A stretch of DNA of 64,000 nt, from positions 32,001 to 96,000 of the forward strand of contig CAVZJB010000016.1 in the NCBI GenBank assembly GCA_963775425.1. Reading direction: 5' to 3'. The translations under genes were made by a program, and so were the position numbers. Below the pieces are notes generated by a model that saw only the letters and a list, made by a program, of their open reading frames with translations, searched no databases and had not been told where the DNA came from. Every line of letters starts with the position of its first letter. The stretch's first letter is position 1. Source of the DNA: an uncultured delta proteobacterium (GTDB taxonomy: Bacteria > Myxococcota > UBA727 > VGSZ01). Below are positions 22,080 through 32,047 of the stretch, piece after piece.

Positions 22080-22589
22080 GTGCTGTCACTCGCCCTCCTC
22101 GTCGCGCTGCAGGCGCCGCTTGCACCCACGCCCATCGGCGCGCCGCCGCCGGCGCCGGCGGCGGCGGCGCGTGCCGAGGACGCCGTCGTCATCGCCCTCG
22201 ACAATCGGATCGTGAAGGACCAGGCGCCGGGGGCGTTTTTGACGCGCACCGTCGCCGCGCTCGAGAAGCTCCGCGGCGTGCGCGTGCTGCGCATCTCCGA
22301 CGGCAGGAAGCGCCTCGACGCGCGCGGTGACAAGGAGCTGTCGCGCTGCGCCGACGACGCGGGCTGCCTCGCCACCGCGGCGCGGGAGATCGGCGCGGAC
22401 ATCGTCGTCACCGTGCGCCTCACGCGCCGAACCGGGGCCTACTTCCTCGCGCTCACGCGCATCAGCGCCCTGCGCCCGCAGATGAGCGATGACGCCGCGA
22501 CGCTCGCGGGCAGCGAGCAGGACGCGTTGAAATTCGTCGCCGACGCCGTCGCGGAGCTTTTCCCCGACACGGAGGAAAAGGCCCCGTAG
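22080..22589 (+). CDS. exported hypothetical protein within the Glt-like cluster
   Basis: Signal peptide and a CADDAGC pair resembling periplasmic domains of myxobacterial PEGA proteins. Starts 3 nt after the GltG-like stop. Confidence 0.6.
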   Translation: MLSLALLVALQAPLAPTPIGAPPPAPAAAARAEDAVVIALDNRIVKDQAPGAFLTRTVAALEKLRGVRVLRISDGRKRLDARGDKELSRCADDAGCLATAAREIGADIVVTVRLTRRTGAYFLALTRISALRPQMSDDAATLAGSEQDALKFVADAVAELFPDTEEKAP

Positions 22590-22795
22590 CGCAGCCCCCG
22601 CGCCCCGAGGACTCCGTGCGACGGCGTGCGCGCGACCCGCGCTGCGCGCAGGTGCGGCCGGGCAGGCGCGATGTCGGCGCCGGGTGTGCGCCTCCGCGCG
22701 AACGCCGTGCGTACGTCGCCCGCCGCGGACGGCGTGGCGCCGCAAAGAACGTCCCACGCTCGCGCCGAGGCGCCGAACGGATGTAGAACCACGAC

Positions 22796-23485
22796 GTGCA
22801 TTCCATCGCGAACCCCACCGCACCACGCGGTCGTGCCTGCACCGCAGCCGCCGTCCTCGCCGCGTTGACGCCTCTTTTGGCCTCAACGCATGCGCGCGCC
22901 GACTACGACGATGAGGACAGCGGCGGCAACGCCGTCGTCATCCAGGAGCGCGAGTTCAAGATGGCGAACGAGTTCACGCTGTCGACGGGCATCCTGCCGC
23001 TCGATGCGTTCCAGAAGGGCATCCCGCTCACGGCCCGCTACACGCTGCACTTCGACGACTTCAACGCCTGGGAGATCATCGGCGGCACCTACAGCCTCAA
23101 CCTCGACAGCGGGCTGTCGGGCATCCTCGCCGACAAGTTTGCGGTGCAGGCCGAGATCCTGCCCAAGCTCCTCGTCGTCGCCGACACCAACTACGTCGCC
23201 AAACCGTTCTACGGAAAGTTCGCGCTCTTCAACAAGATGATCATCTACGAGGAGCTCTTCCTGAACGCGGGCTTGACCGTCAGCTACTGGTCCGACGGCT
23301 CCTTCCGGCCGGGACCCGACTTCGGCGCCGCCATCCGCTTCTTCGTCTGGGACTTCCTGTCCTTGCGCTTCGATATCCGGCACGCGCTCGTCATGAACGG
23401 CATCCCCTACTTCGACCCGAACGCGCAGGTCGACGGCGTCCTGCAGTTGCTCGCCGGCGTCTCGTTCAACGTGGGAGGCGGCTGA
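22796..23485 (+). CDS. outer-membrane beta-barrel protein (GltA/GltB/NfsA/NfsB-like)
   Basis: Signal peptide, VIQERE.K, PLDAFQKG, KPFYGKFA, alternating beta-strands and C-terminal GVSFN. Confidence 0.8.
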   Translation: MHSIANPTAPRGRACTAAAVLAALTPLLASTHARADYDDEDSGGNAVVIQEREFKMANEFTLSTGILPLDAFQKGIPLTARYTLHFDDFNAWEIIGGTYSLNLDSGLSGILADKFAVQAEILPKLLVVADTNYVAKPFYGKFALFNKMIIYEELFLNAGLTVSYWSDGSFRPGPDFGAAIRFFVWDFLSLRFDIRHALVMNGIPYFDPNAQVDGVLQLLAGVSFNVGGG

Positions 23486-24138
23486 TGCCCGCCGTCCTTC
23501 GCACCGTCCTTTGCACCGTCCTCGCGCTCGCGGCGGCGGCGCCCGCGCTCGCCGACAACGATGACACGGACATCAAAGAGCCCACGCGCGTGGTGATCCA
23601 AAACCGCAAGTACAAGCTCGGCACGGAGCTGACGTTCGAGGCGGCCACCCTCCCGCTCGATCCCTTCTACAAGGGCATCGCGGGCACCGCGCGGCTCACG
23701 TTCCACTTCAACGACTTCAACGCCTGGGAGGTCGCCGGCGGCACCTACAGCTTCAACCTCAACTCGAGCCTCACCGATCAGCTCGAGAAGAACTTCGGCG
23801 TGCAGGCTGCGCAGCTCCCGGGGCTGCAGTTCATGGTCGAGAGCGACTACATCATGAAGCCGTTCTACGGAAAGTTCGCCCTCGCCAACCGCACGCTGCT
23901 GTACCAGGAGGTCTACCTGGCCGTCGGCGGCACCGCGTCGTTCTGGACGGACAACTCGCTGCGCTACGGACCCAACTACGGCGGCGGCATCCGCTTCTTC
24001 CTCGCGGAGTGGTTCAGCTTGCGCTTCGACATCCGCCACGCGGTCGTGTTCTCCAAGATCCCGTTCGTCGACAAGGACGCCACCCTCGACGGCGTCCTCT
24101 ATCTGGGCGTGGGCGCGTCCTTCAACCTCGGAGGCTGA
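23485..24138 (+). CDS. outer-membrane beta-barrel protein (second GltA/GltB-like paralogue)
   Basis: VIQNRKY, PLDPFYKG, KPFYGKFA and C-terminal GASFNLGG. Clearly paralogous to 22796..23485. Confidence 0.8.
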   Translation: MPAVLRTVLCTVLALAAAAPALADNDDTDIKEPTRVVIQNRKYKLGTELTFEAATLPLDPFYKGIAGTARLTFHFNDFNAWEVAGGTYSFNLNSSLTDQLEKNFGVQAAQLPGLQFMVESDYIMKPFYGKFALANRTLLYQEVYLAVGGTASFWTDNSLRYGPNYGGGIRFFLAEWFSLRFDIRHAVVFSKIPFVDKDATLDGVLYLGVGASFNLGG

Positions 24139-24140
24139 CG

Positions 24141-25745
24141 ATGATCCTCGCGCTCACCGTCGCCCTCTCCTTCGGGCTGGCCGGCGCCGACGCCAAGGCG
24201 TCGCCCGCCCCCGCGGCCGCGCCGGCCGCCGGGGCGCAGCCCGCCCCAGGTGACAAGCCCGCCGACGCCGACAAGCCCGCCGAGGGCGAAGGCGAAGGCG
24301 ACGACAACGAGACCGTCGTCTCCACCGTGCCCGACAGCGTCTTCGACGAGGCCGTGCAGGACTTCGACCAGGGCAAATACAAGAGCGCCGCCGAGAAGTT
24401 CTGGCACTACCTGAGCGGCAACGAGCAGACCGCCGACCACTACGAGTGGGCCGAGTTCTACATCGCGCGCTCGTTCCTGCGGATGGGCCTGAACCACGCC
24501 GGCGTCGAGTACCTGTACAACGTCGCCAAGGAGCGCAAGCGCCCGGAGCTGCTGCCGGAGGCGCTGCGCGAGATCGAGCACATCCGCGACACCGTGCCTT
24601 TCGATTCGGAGCTGCTCGACACGGACCTCCTGCGCGGCGGCGACTTCGGCGCCCTCCCGCCCGACGTGAAGAGCTTCGTCGAATACCAGCAGGGCCGGCT
24701 CGACCTGCTCGACGGCCGGCGCGAATGGGCCCAGCGCCACTTTGATCGCCTCGCCCACACGAGTGACGACGAGCAACGCGTGCAGCGCTACGCCCTGCGG
24801 GCGCGTCTGGCGGAGGCCATCGCCGACCTCAAGGCCACGCACGCGCAGGACACCAAGGCCAAGCGCGACAAGCGCATGCACGCGCAGGAGATGCTCGTCG
24901 ACGTCGCCAAGTCCAAGATCGACGACTTCAAGGTGAAGAACGACGCCAAGCGCGTGGTGGCGGAGCTGCTGTTCGAGGAGAAGGACTTCGACGGCGCCCT
25001 CAAGATGTACAACTCCATCGAGGTGCCGTTCCTGTCCGAGGAGGAGGCCAACCTCTTCCTGGAGAAGGCGTGGACCCGCTACTACAAGGGAGACGCGCGC
25101 GGCACGCTCGGCATCCTCCTGACGCTCGACGCGCCGTCGTACCGCAAGTTCTTCAAGCCGGAGCGCTTCGTGCTGAAGGCGCTCGCGTACAAGTCGCTGT
25201 GCCACTACGCGGCGGCCAAGGCGGCGGCGCGGGAGTTCCTGCGGCGCTACGGGTCGTCGCTCGAGGAGATCCGGCGCTCACGCGACCCGCTCACCGATCC
25301 CGTCGTGCGCACCGCCGCGGTGCAGAGGAAGAAGCCCAAGCGCATGTACGCGTTCCTCGATTCGCTCCAGCACGAGCGCGACAACGTCGACCGCTTCTCC
25401 GACGAGTTCGGGCTCGCCACCCACCTGGCCCGGATCTACGACCTCAAGATCGCCGAGGTGAATCGCTCCCTCAATCGCGTGGTCAAGGACGAGGCCGTCA
25501 AGGTGGCCACGGAGCTGCTCGACTACGAGGAGCAGGCCCGCCTCGTCGACTACGAGGTGAGCCTCGAGGTGTTCAAGCGCCTCAAGAAGGGCAATGGCAA
25601 GAAGGTGGTGGACCAGGAGCCACCCATCCCGCTCGGCTCGCGGCAGGTCTACTACCGCTTCGACGGTGAATATTGGAACGACGAGCTGCACGACTACCGC
25701 TTCCGCATCGACAACCGCTGCTTCGGCGAGGAGCTGTTCGAATGA
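24141..25745 (+). CDS. GltC/NfsC-like periplasmic TPR protein
   Basis: Signal peptide, TPR-like helices (LFLEKAWTRY, PERFVLKALAYKSLC), and C-terminal FDGEYWNDELHDYRFRIDNRC similar to the GltC tail. Follows the beta-barrel pair. Confidence 0.75.
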   Translation: MILALTVALSFGLAGADAKASPAPAAAPAAGAQPAPGDKPADADKPAEGEGEGDDNETVVSTVPDSVFDEAVQDFDQGKYKSAAEKFWHYLSGNEQTADHYEWAEFYIARSFLRMGLNHAGVEYLYNVAKERKRPELLPEALREIEHIRDTVPFDSELLDTDLLRGGDFGALPPDVKSFVEYQQGRLDLLDGRREWAQRHFDRLAHTSDDEQRVQRYALRARLAEAIADLKATHAQDTKAKRDKRMHAQEMLVDVAKSKIDDFKVKNDAKRVVAELLFEEKDFDGALKMYNSIEVPFLSEEEANLFLEKAWTRYYKGDARGTLGILLTLDAPSYRKFFKPERFVLKALAYKSLCHYAAAKAAAREFLRRYGSSLEEIRRSRDPLTDPVVRTAAVQRKKPKRMYAFLDSLQHERDNVDRFSDEFGLATHLARIYDLKIAEVNRSLNRVVKDEAVKVATELLDYEEQARLVDYEVSLEVFKRLKKGNGKKVVDQEPPIPLGSRQVYYRFDGEYWNDELHDYRFRIDNRCFGEELFE

Positions 25746-28700
25746 GGCCCCGCGCTCCTTCCCGTGTCGCGCGCCCGACGGTCGCGCTCGCCGGCGCCCT
25801 CCTGTGCGGCACCGTCGTGTGCACGTTTGCGACGTCTTGCGGCACCACCACCGCCGCCAGCGGCGCCATGGGCAAGCTCGAGAGCGAGAAGCAGGAGCTG
25901 ATGCGCCTCAAGCGCGACATCGTCAAGGTCGACAAGTCCGTCGAGGTCACCAAGCAGCTCATCCAGCGCAGCAAGGGCGAGCGCTATCTCCCCGACCTCT
26001 ACTTCCGCCTGGCCGAGCTCTACATTGAGAAGTCGCGCCTGGTGTACTTCCGCATCCTCGAGGAGGCAGGCGCCGACGACAAGGCCGCGGTGGTCGCGCC
26101 CGAGGCCCGCCTGTTGAAGGACCAGGCCATCGCCGTGTACCGGCGCATCCTGTCGGAGTTCCCGGACTACCCGGACAACGACAAGATCACGTTCTTCATC
26201 GCGCACGAGTACCGCGAGCTCGGCAACTTCCAGGAGATGATCAAGACGTACGAGGAGCTCATCTCCAAGTACCCCAAGAGCAACTTCCGCTTCGAGGCGT
26301 GGCTCATCCTCGGCGACTACCACTTCGACAAGGGCGACATCGACGAGGCCATCGCCAACTATCGCTCCATCCTGAAGGGGCCGGAGACGTACGCGCACAA
26401 CATGGCGCGCTACAAGCTCGCCTGGTGCTACATCAACAAGGACAAGACCAACCTCGCCGTCGACCTGTGGGAACAGGCGGTCAAGACGCCGACCCCGCCG
26501 GAGCCGGGGGCGGAGCAGACGGGGTCGTCGCTCATCGAGAAGCCCGCGCGCCTCGACGTGCGCCAGGACGCGCTGCGCGACCTCGCCTACTACTACGCCG
26601 AGGCCCGTGACCCGCGCACCGCGCTGCCGTTCTTCCAGAACCTCACGGTGTCGAGGTCCGAGTACAAGATGGCGCTCGAGAAGCTCGCCAAGCGCTTCCA
26701 GATCAAGACCATGTACGAGGAGTCGGCCAAGGTGTACCGCGAGCTCATCCGCGTGTCCGCCGACGTCGACCGCGACCTCGAGTGGGCGGAGGCGGTCTAC
26801 GAGGCGGCGGTGGCGGCCAAGGATCTCGCGCACGCCGACGACGACGTCGTCATGCTCTCGGAGGTGTCCGCCCGCTACAAGTACTGGTGGCGTGCGAACG
26901 AGGAGGACAAGAAGGTCCTCAAGGACTTCGAGCTCCTCACGCGCAATCTCTCCACCCGCCTGCACGCGCTGGCCAAGGAGAAGAAGGATCCCGACCTCTA
27001 CGCGCGCGCCGCCACGGCGTACAAGAGCTACCTCTCGGTGTTCGAGGACAGCCCCGAGCGCTTGGCGATGGAGTGGAACTACGCGGAGACGCTGTTCTCC
27101 GCCAAGCAGTTCGTGAAGGCGGGCCGCCAGTACGAGCAGGTGCTCAAGGACCTCTCGCCCGCCGGCAAGCCGTCCGCGGCCGGCAAGAAGCCCGCGGACG
27201 CCAAGGGCAAGCCGGACGCCAAGGCCGGCAAGCCGGACGCCAAGGCCGGCAAGCCGGACGCCAAGAAGGGTGACGTGAAGGTCGCCAAGGCGGACGACAA
27301 GAAGGCCAAGCCGACGGCGCCGGCGCCGTCGGACCTCGCCAACACCTCGGGCTCCCTCGAGGGCGACCGCAAGCAGGCGATGTACTCGGCCATCCTCAGC
27401 TACTTCGAGGCGTTGAAGAACGAGGAGAAGGGCACGCGCTTCGACTCCATGATGGCGCGCGAGGGCATCAAGGACCTCGGCGGAAAATTCGTCGCCAAGT
27501 ATCCCGACGATCCCAACACGCCCAACGTGAAGTTCAACGTCGCGCGCGCGTATTACGAGCAGGGCCTGTACGACAAGGCCATCGAGCTGTTCGTCGCGTT
27601 CGTCAAAGAGCACCCCACCAACAAGGACGCCAACACCGCCGCCGAGCTCACGCTCGACTCGTACTCCCAGAAGGAGGACTTCCTCGGCCTCGCCAAGCAG
27701 GCCAAGGAGTTCGCCACCATGCCGCTGCCCGACGCCGCCAAGTTCACCAAGATGGCGAGCGACGCCGAGCAGGAAGAGATCAACCGCAAGACCATCAACG
27801 CCGAGAGCGGCAAGGTGGCCGAGGCGCTGTCTTCCTTCGTCGGCGCGCACAAGGGTGACGCGGTCGCGGCCAAGGCGCTGTACCAGGCCTTCGTCATCGC
27901 CAAGGACCGCCGGAACATCTCCGACATGGAGAAGACCGGGCGCCAGCTCCTCGCCGACTACGGCAACACCAAGTACGCCAAGGAGGTGCTGCCCGGGCTC
28001 GCCGAGCAGGCCATCCGCGTCAGCCAGATCGAGCACGCCGCGCAGCTGTACGAGGAGTACGCGCGCCGCTATCCCGAGGGCCAGGCCTCCGACGACCTGC
28101 TCGAGGGCGCCGCCGGCATCCGCACCGGCCTCGGTCAGTTCCCTGAGGCCATGAGCGACTACGAGCGCCTCACCAAGCAGGGCGAAGAGGGCAGGCGGCC
28201 GGGGTGGTTCGCCAAGCTCGCCGAGATCGCGGCGCGCAGCGGCGACTGGCGTCGCGCCGAAGACGCCGCGCTCGCCATCGCCGACAACGGCGCCCACGCG
28301 GTGCTCGCCAACTGCATCGCGGGCGAGGCCGCGCTCCGCACCGCCAAGCCCGACGTCGCCAACGAGCGGCTCCAGGCCGCGGTCATGGCCGCGCAGAAGA
28401 ACCGCGGCAACGAGGACGGCCCCGAGTGGGTCGCGCGCGCGCTCTATCTGCTCGGCGAGATCGTGCGCACCGACTACGAGCGCGTGCAGTTCGGCGTCGG
28501 CGACGAGGGCGCCGCGCTCCAACAGAAGTTCCAGCTCCTCGACGAGCTGCAGGCCACGTACGTCGAAGCCATCAAGGTCGGCGATCCCGAGTGGGCCATG
28601 GGCGGCCTCTACCGCGTGGCCAACGCGTACAAGCAGGCCGCCGACTTCCTGGACAACGCGCCGTCGCCGCAGGGCGCGTCGCCGGAGGACGAAAAGCAGT

Positions 28701-29284
28701 ACCGCGCGGCCCTCGCCGAGCGCTCCGGCCCGCTGCGCAAGCAGGCGGCGGAGGCGCTGCAGGCGTGCAAGGACCAGGCGAAGAAGCTGGAGGCGTTCAA
28801 CCGCTTCACCAAGGCGTGCATGTCGGGCGCGCAGGTGCAGGACGACGGGGACAACCCCCGGCCGCGCCCGGCCGGCGTGGCCATCCCGAACCGCGACAAG
28901 CTCGAGGCCAAGCTCGTCGAGAGCCCCAAGGACGTGAACACCCTCACGCAGCTCATCCGGGCCGCCATCTCGGTGAAGGACTACCCGCTCGCGGGCGTCC
29001 TCGCCGAGCGCGCGCTCGAGATCGACGAGCGCAGCTCGGCGCTCAACAACCTCCGCGGCGTCGCCTTCGCCGGCTCCAACCAGATGCAGGCGGCGGCGGG
29101 CGCGTTCAAGAAGGCCACCAAGCTCGACAGCCACAACAGCGCGGCGTGGGCCAACCTGGGCACGCTCTACTCGCTGTACGGCAACGAGGACCGCGCGCGG
29201 GAGGCTTTCTTCCACGCGGGCAACTTCGACGCGTCGTCGCCCGACGTCATGACCGGCGCCGCAGCCGCGAAAGGAGGCCGCTGA
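25742..29284 (+). CDS. GltD/AgmU/NfsD-like large TPR protein (probable lipoprotein)
   Basis: Hydrophobic leader with ATSC, PDLYFRLAELYIEKSR, many TPRs, MARYKLAWCYIN, about 1180 aa. ATG overlaps the GltC-like stop. Confidence 0.78.
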   Translation: MRPRAPSRVARPTVALAGALLCGTVVCTFATSCGTTTAASGAMGKLESEKQELMRLKRDIVKVDKSVEVTKQLIQRSKGERYLPDLYFRLAELYIEKSRLVYFRILEEAGADDKAAVVAPEARLLKDQAIAVYRRILSEFPDYPDNDKITFFIAHEYRELGNFQEMIKTYEELISKYPKSNFRFEAWLILGDYHFDKGDIDEAIANYRSILKGPETYAHNMARYKLAWCYINKDKTNLAVDLWEQAVKTPTPPEPGAEQTGSSLIEKPARLDVRQDALRDLAYYYAEARDPRTALPFFQNLTVSRSEYKMALEKLAKRFQIKTMYEESAKVYRELIRVSADVDRDLEWAEAVYEAAVAAKDLAHADDDVVMLSEVSARYKYWWRANEEDKKVLKDFELLTRNLSTRLHALAKEKKDPDLYARAATAYKSYLSVFEDSPERLAMEWNYAETLFSAKQFVKAGRQYEQVLKDLSPAGKPSAAGKKPADAKGKPDAKAGKPDAKAGKPDAKKGDVKVAKADDKKAKPTAPAPSDLANTSGSLEGDRKQAMYSAILSYFEALKNEEKGTRFDSMMAREGIKDLGGKFVAKYPDDPNTPNVKFNVARAYYEQGLYDKAIELFVAFVKEHPTNKDANTAAELTLDSYSQKEDFLGLAKQAKEFATMPLPDAAKFTKMASDAEQEEINRKTINAESGKVAEALSSFVGAHKGDAVAAKALYQAFVIAKDRRNISDMEKTGRQLLADYGNTKYAKEVLPGLAEQAIRVSQIEHAAQLYEEYARRYPEGQASDDLLEGAAGIRTGLGQFPEAMSDYERLTKQGEEGRRPGWFAKLAEIAARSGDWRRAEDAALAIADNGAHAVLANCIAGEAALRTAKPDVANERLQAAVMAAQKNRGNEDGPEWVARALYLLGEIVRTDYERVQFGVGDEGAALQQKFQLLDELQATYVEAIKVGDPEWAMGGLYRVANAYKQAADFLDNAPSPQGASPEDEKQYRAALAERSGPLRKQAAEALQACKDQAKKLEAFNRFTKACMSGAQVQDDGDNPRPRPAGVAIPNRDKLEAKLVESPKDVNTLTQLIRAAISVKDYPLAGVLAERALEIDERSSALNNLRGVAFAGSNQMQAAAGAFKKATKLDSHNSAAWANLGTLYSLYGNEDRAREAFFHAGNFDASSPDVMTGAAAAKGGR
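27206..27265 (+). repeat. 21-bp tandem repeat (GKPDAKA x ~3) in the GltD-like linker
   Basis: ggcaagccggacgccaaggcc occurs twice perfectly plus an 18-bp partial copy. Confidence 0.85.
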
Positions 29285-29922
29285 TGCGTGCGTTCGTCGC
29301 CGTCCTCGCGCTCGGGCTCGCGAGCGGGTGCGCGGGCTTGTCCCACCGCGTGGATCGCTCGCTCCTCGACCAGGTCCCCAACGAAGAGCTGCTCTTGCTC
29401 TTCGACGCCGAAAACGCCGTGTTCATCGCGCGCGACGAGTCCGACCTCGCCACGCGCAACCTCGAGGACGCGCGCAAGGCGCTCAAGCGCGCAGACGCCT
29501 ACAAGAAGGTCATCGAGGAGCGCCGCACCTCGGGCGCCGCCATCGACAGCGCCGAGGTGCTCCAGCTCCTCGAGCAATGGAACGACGCGCGCATCGAGAT
29601 GCGCAAGAAGGAGGTCGCGCTGCGCGAAGAGGAGCTCAGCACCTCCGGCGTCCGGCTGTGGGCGGCGCGCGCGCGCTACGAGCGAGCCAAGGCCAAGCTG
29701 GTCAAGGACTTCAACCCCGCCGGCGGCGCCAACATCGACCTCGCGGACTTCGACGAGCAGGTGAAGGACTGGGAGGCGAAGGAGCAGGAGGTCCTCAAGG
29801 GCTTGAAGAAGCGCGAGGACGCCATGCTCGCCGCGCGCGAGGCCTACATCGCGCTCGCCGTCCAACTGCAAAAGGCCTCCAAGGGCGCCTACGGCGGCCC
29901 CTGGGCCAATCTCCTCGATTGA
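29284..29922 (+). CDS. coiled-coil lipoprotein of the Glt-like operon
   Basis: Lipobox ASGC and an alpha-helical charged body. ATG overlaps the upstream stop (TGATG). Confidence 0.75.
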   Translation: MRAFVAVLALGLASGCAGLSHRVDRSLLDQVPNEELLLLFDAENAVFIARDESDLATRNLEDARKALKRADAYKKVIEERRTSGAAIDSAEVLQLLEQWNDARIEMRKKEVALREEELSTSGVRLWAARARYERAKAKLVKDFNPAGGANIDLADFDEQVKDWEAKEQEVLKGLKKREDAMLAAREAYIALAVQLQKASKGAYGGPWANLLD

Positions 29923-29976
29923 GCTAGTTTCGCAAGCGGCCGCTCCCGCCGGTCGCAGTGACAGAGGCCCCTTGCC

Positions 29977-32040
29977 GTGATCTTCGCCTCCCTCGTGCTC
30001 GCCCTCGCCGCCGCTCCCGATGCGGGCGTCCCCGCGCCGCCGCCGGCTCCTGTCGAGGGGGGCTCGCGCGACGAGGTCCACCTCTCCGACGGCCCCGCCG
30101 AGGTGCCCCCCAAGAAGGCCGGCATCCCGTTTTACGAAGACCTGGTGAAGAAGACGCCGGGCAATCCCAACGCGCACCAGCAGCTCGCCGCCGCCTTCGC
30201 GCGCCAGGGCAAGACCGACGACGCCCGCCGGGAGGCGCGGCGGGCCATCGAGCTCGCTTCCGCGCTCAACCCGGGCGACGAGGGCGCCAGGGCCGCGGTG
30301 GCGGAGGCGCACCAGGCGCTGGCGCTCGTCGAGGAGGGCGCCGGCAACCTCGCCGCCGCCGAGAAGGAGCTGAACGAGGCCACGGCCGCCGACGGGAACG
30401 TCGAGTACAAGCTCGACCTCGCCCGCGTGCTCTTCCTCCAGTCCAAGATTGGCGGTGATCACGGGGCGGAGGCGGTGTGGAACGACATCGCGCAGAGCTT
30501 CGCCGCCGACGTCGACGTGCAGTTCGCGCTCGCCGACGCCTACAAGGACCTCGGCCGCTACGAGGACGCGTCCGCCGCCTACGAGCGGGCGCTCGCCCTG
30601 GCCACCGAGCCGGGCAGCGAGAAGCGCATCGATATCCTCCTCGAGGAGGGGCGCATGCTCGCAGACCGCGGCAACAACACGCAGGCGCTCGGGCTGTTCA
30701 CGCAGGCCCGCTCCGAGGCGCCCGGGTCCGCGGAGGTGCTCTACAACCTTGGCGTGCTCTACGTGCGGCTCGGCCAGAACGACGCCGCCGTGAACGCGTT
30801 CAAGGATGCGCTCAAGATCGACCCCGACCTCGTGAAGGGGCACAACAACCTCGGCGTCGCCCTCGACAAGGCCGGGCGCCACGACGAGGCCATGGCGGCC
30901 TTCCAGAAGGCCGTCGAGCTCGACGCGCGCTTCGCCGACGCCGCCTACAACCTCGGCCTCGTCAGCTTCAAGCTGCACAAGTTCAAGGAGGCGCGGGCCG
31001 CGTTCGAGAAGGCGCTCACCATCAATCCCGAGATGGCCGACGCCAAGTTCTACCTGGGCGAGGTCTACTACCAGCTCGGCGACCACAAAAAGGCGCTGCA
31101 GGTCTACAAGGAGGCGCTCCGCAGCAACCCCGAGGACGGCTCCTCGCACCGCCGGCTGGGCGACATCTACCTCGAGAAGGGCGACGTCAGCCTGGCCATC
31201 GGCGAGTACTGGGCCGCCGTCGACGCCGACGAGAAGGACACCTCCAACCGCGCGCAGTTGATGCGTGTGCTGCTGGTCCGCAACGACGAGGGAGACGTCC
31301 GGCGCGCCGTGAAGCTCGGCGACGACGGCCTCGACCTCGACCCTTCGGCGCTCGAGGTGCGCGAGGCGCTCTCCGAGGCCGAGGTGCAATACGGGCGCTC
31401 CAAGCGGGCGGAGCAGGTCCTCGAGGCCGGCACCAAGGTGATGCCGGCGGACCCGCGCACCCACGTGTTGCTCGGGCGCTTCCTCCTCGACCAGGGCAAC
31501 CTGCCGGGGGCCAAGCTGAGCATCGATCAGGCGCTCAAGCTCGATCCGAAGAACGCGCCGGCGTTGGCGGCGTCCGGCAAGCTCGCGGAGCTCGGCGGCG
31601 ACAGCAAGACGGCCATCAAGCTCTTCAAGCAGGCGCTCGCCCTCGACGCCACCCTCACCGACGCCCGCGCCGACCTCGGGCGCATCCTGTACGTCGAGGA
31701 CAAGAACACCGAGGCGCTCAAGGAGCTCAAGCGCGCCACCGAGGACGCACCCAAGCTCGGCAAGGCGTGGTTCTACCTCGCGTTCGCGCAAAACAAGGCA
31801 GGCCGAGGCGAAGCGGCCGTGGAGAAGTCGCTCAAAAAGGCGGTGGAAAACCAGCCGGACCTCGCCGAGGCGCACTTCCAGCTCGGCTGCATCGCCCTGC
31901 ACCAGCATCGCCTCAACGACGCCAAGAAGGCCTTCGAGGCCGCGGTGAAGGCGCGCGATTCGTACGAGGAGCCGCGCACCTATCTGGAGCTCATCGCCTC
32001 GGGCGCGGCTCCGTCACAGTGCACGAGCGAAAAGAAGTGA
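29977..32040 (+). CDS. exported multi-TPR protein (possible GltE-like component)
   Basis: Signal peptide and many canonical TPRs (YNLGVLY, HNNLGVAL, AYNLGLV, HFQLG). Confidence 0.8.
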   Translation: MIFASLVLALAAAPDAGVPAPPPAPVEGGSRDEVHLSDGPAEVPPKKAGIPFYEDLVKKTPGNPNAHQQLAAAFARQGKTDDARREARRAIELASALNPGDEGARAAVAEAHQALALVEEGAGNLAAAEKELNEATAADGNVEYKLDLARVLFLQSKIGGDHGAEAVWNDIAQSFAADVDVQFALADAYKDLGRYEDASAAYERALALATEPGSEKRIDILLEEGRMLADRGNNTQALGLFTQARSEAPGSAEVLYNLGVLYVRLGQNDAAVNAFKDALKIDPDLVKGHNNLGVALDKAGRHDEAMAAFQKAVELDARFADAAYNLGLVSFKLHKFKEARAAFEKALTINPEMADAKFYLGEVYYQLGDHKKALQVYKEALRSNPEDGSSHRRLGDIYLEKGDVSLAIGEYWAAVDADEKDTSNRAQLMRVLLVRNDEGDVRRAVKLGDDGLDLDPSALEVREALSEAEVQYGRSKRAEQVLEAGTKVMPADPRTHVLLGRFLLDQGNLPGAKLSIDQALKLDPKNAPALAASGKLAELGGDSKTAIKLFKQALALDATLTDARADLGRILYVEDKNTEALKELKRATEDAPKLGKAWFYLAFAQNKAGRGEAAVEKSLKKAVENQPDLAEAHFQLGCIALHQHRLNDAKKAFEAAVKARDSYEEPRTYLELIASGAAPSQCTSEKK

Positions 32041-32047
32041 CGCGCTC

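Noticed and set aside
27206-27265. Tandem repeats as a CRISPR array
   Set aside because: They are in-frame coding repeats without spacers, and there are no cas genes in the window.
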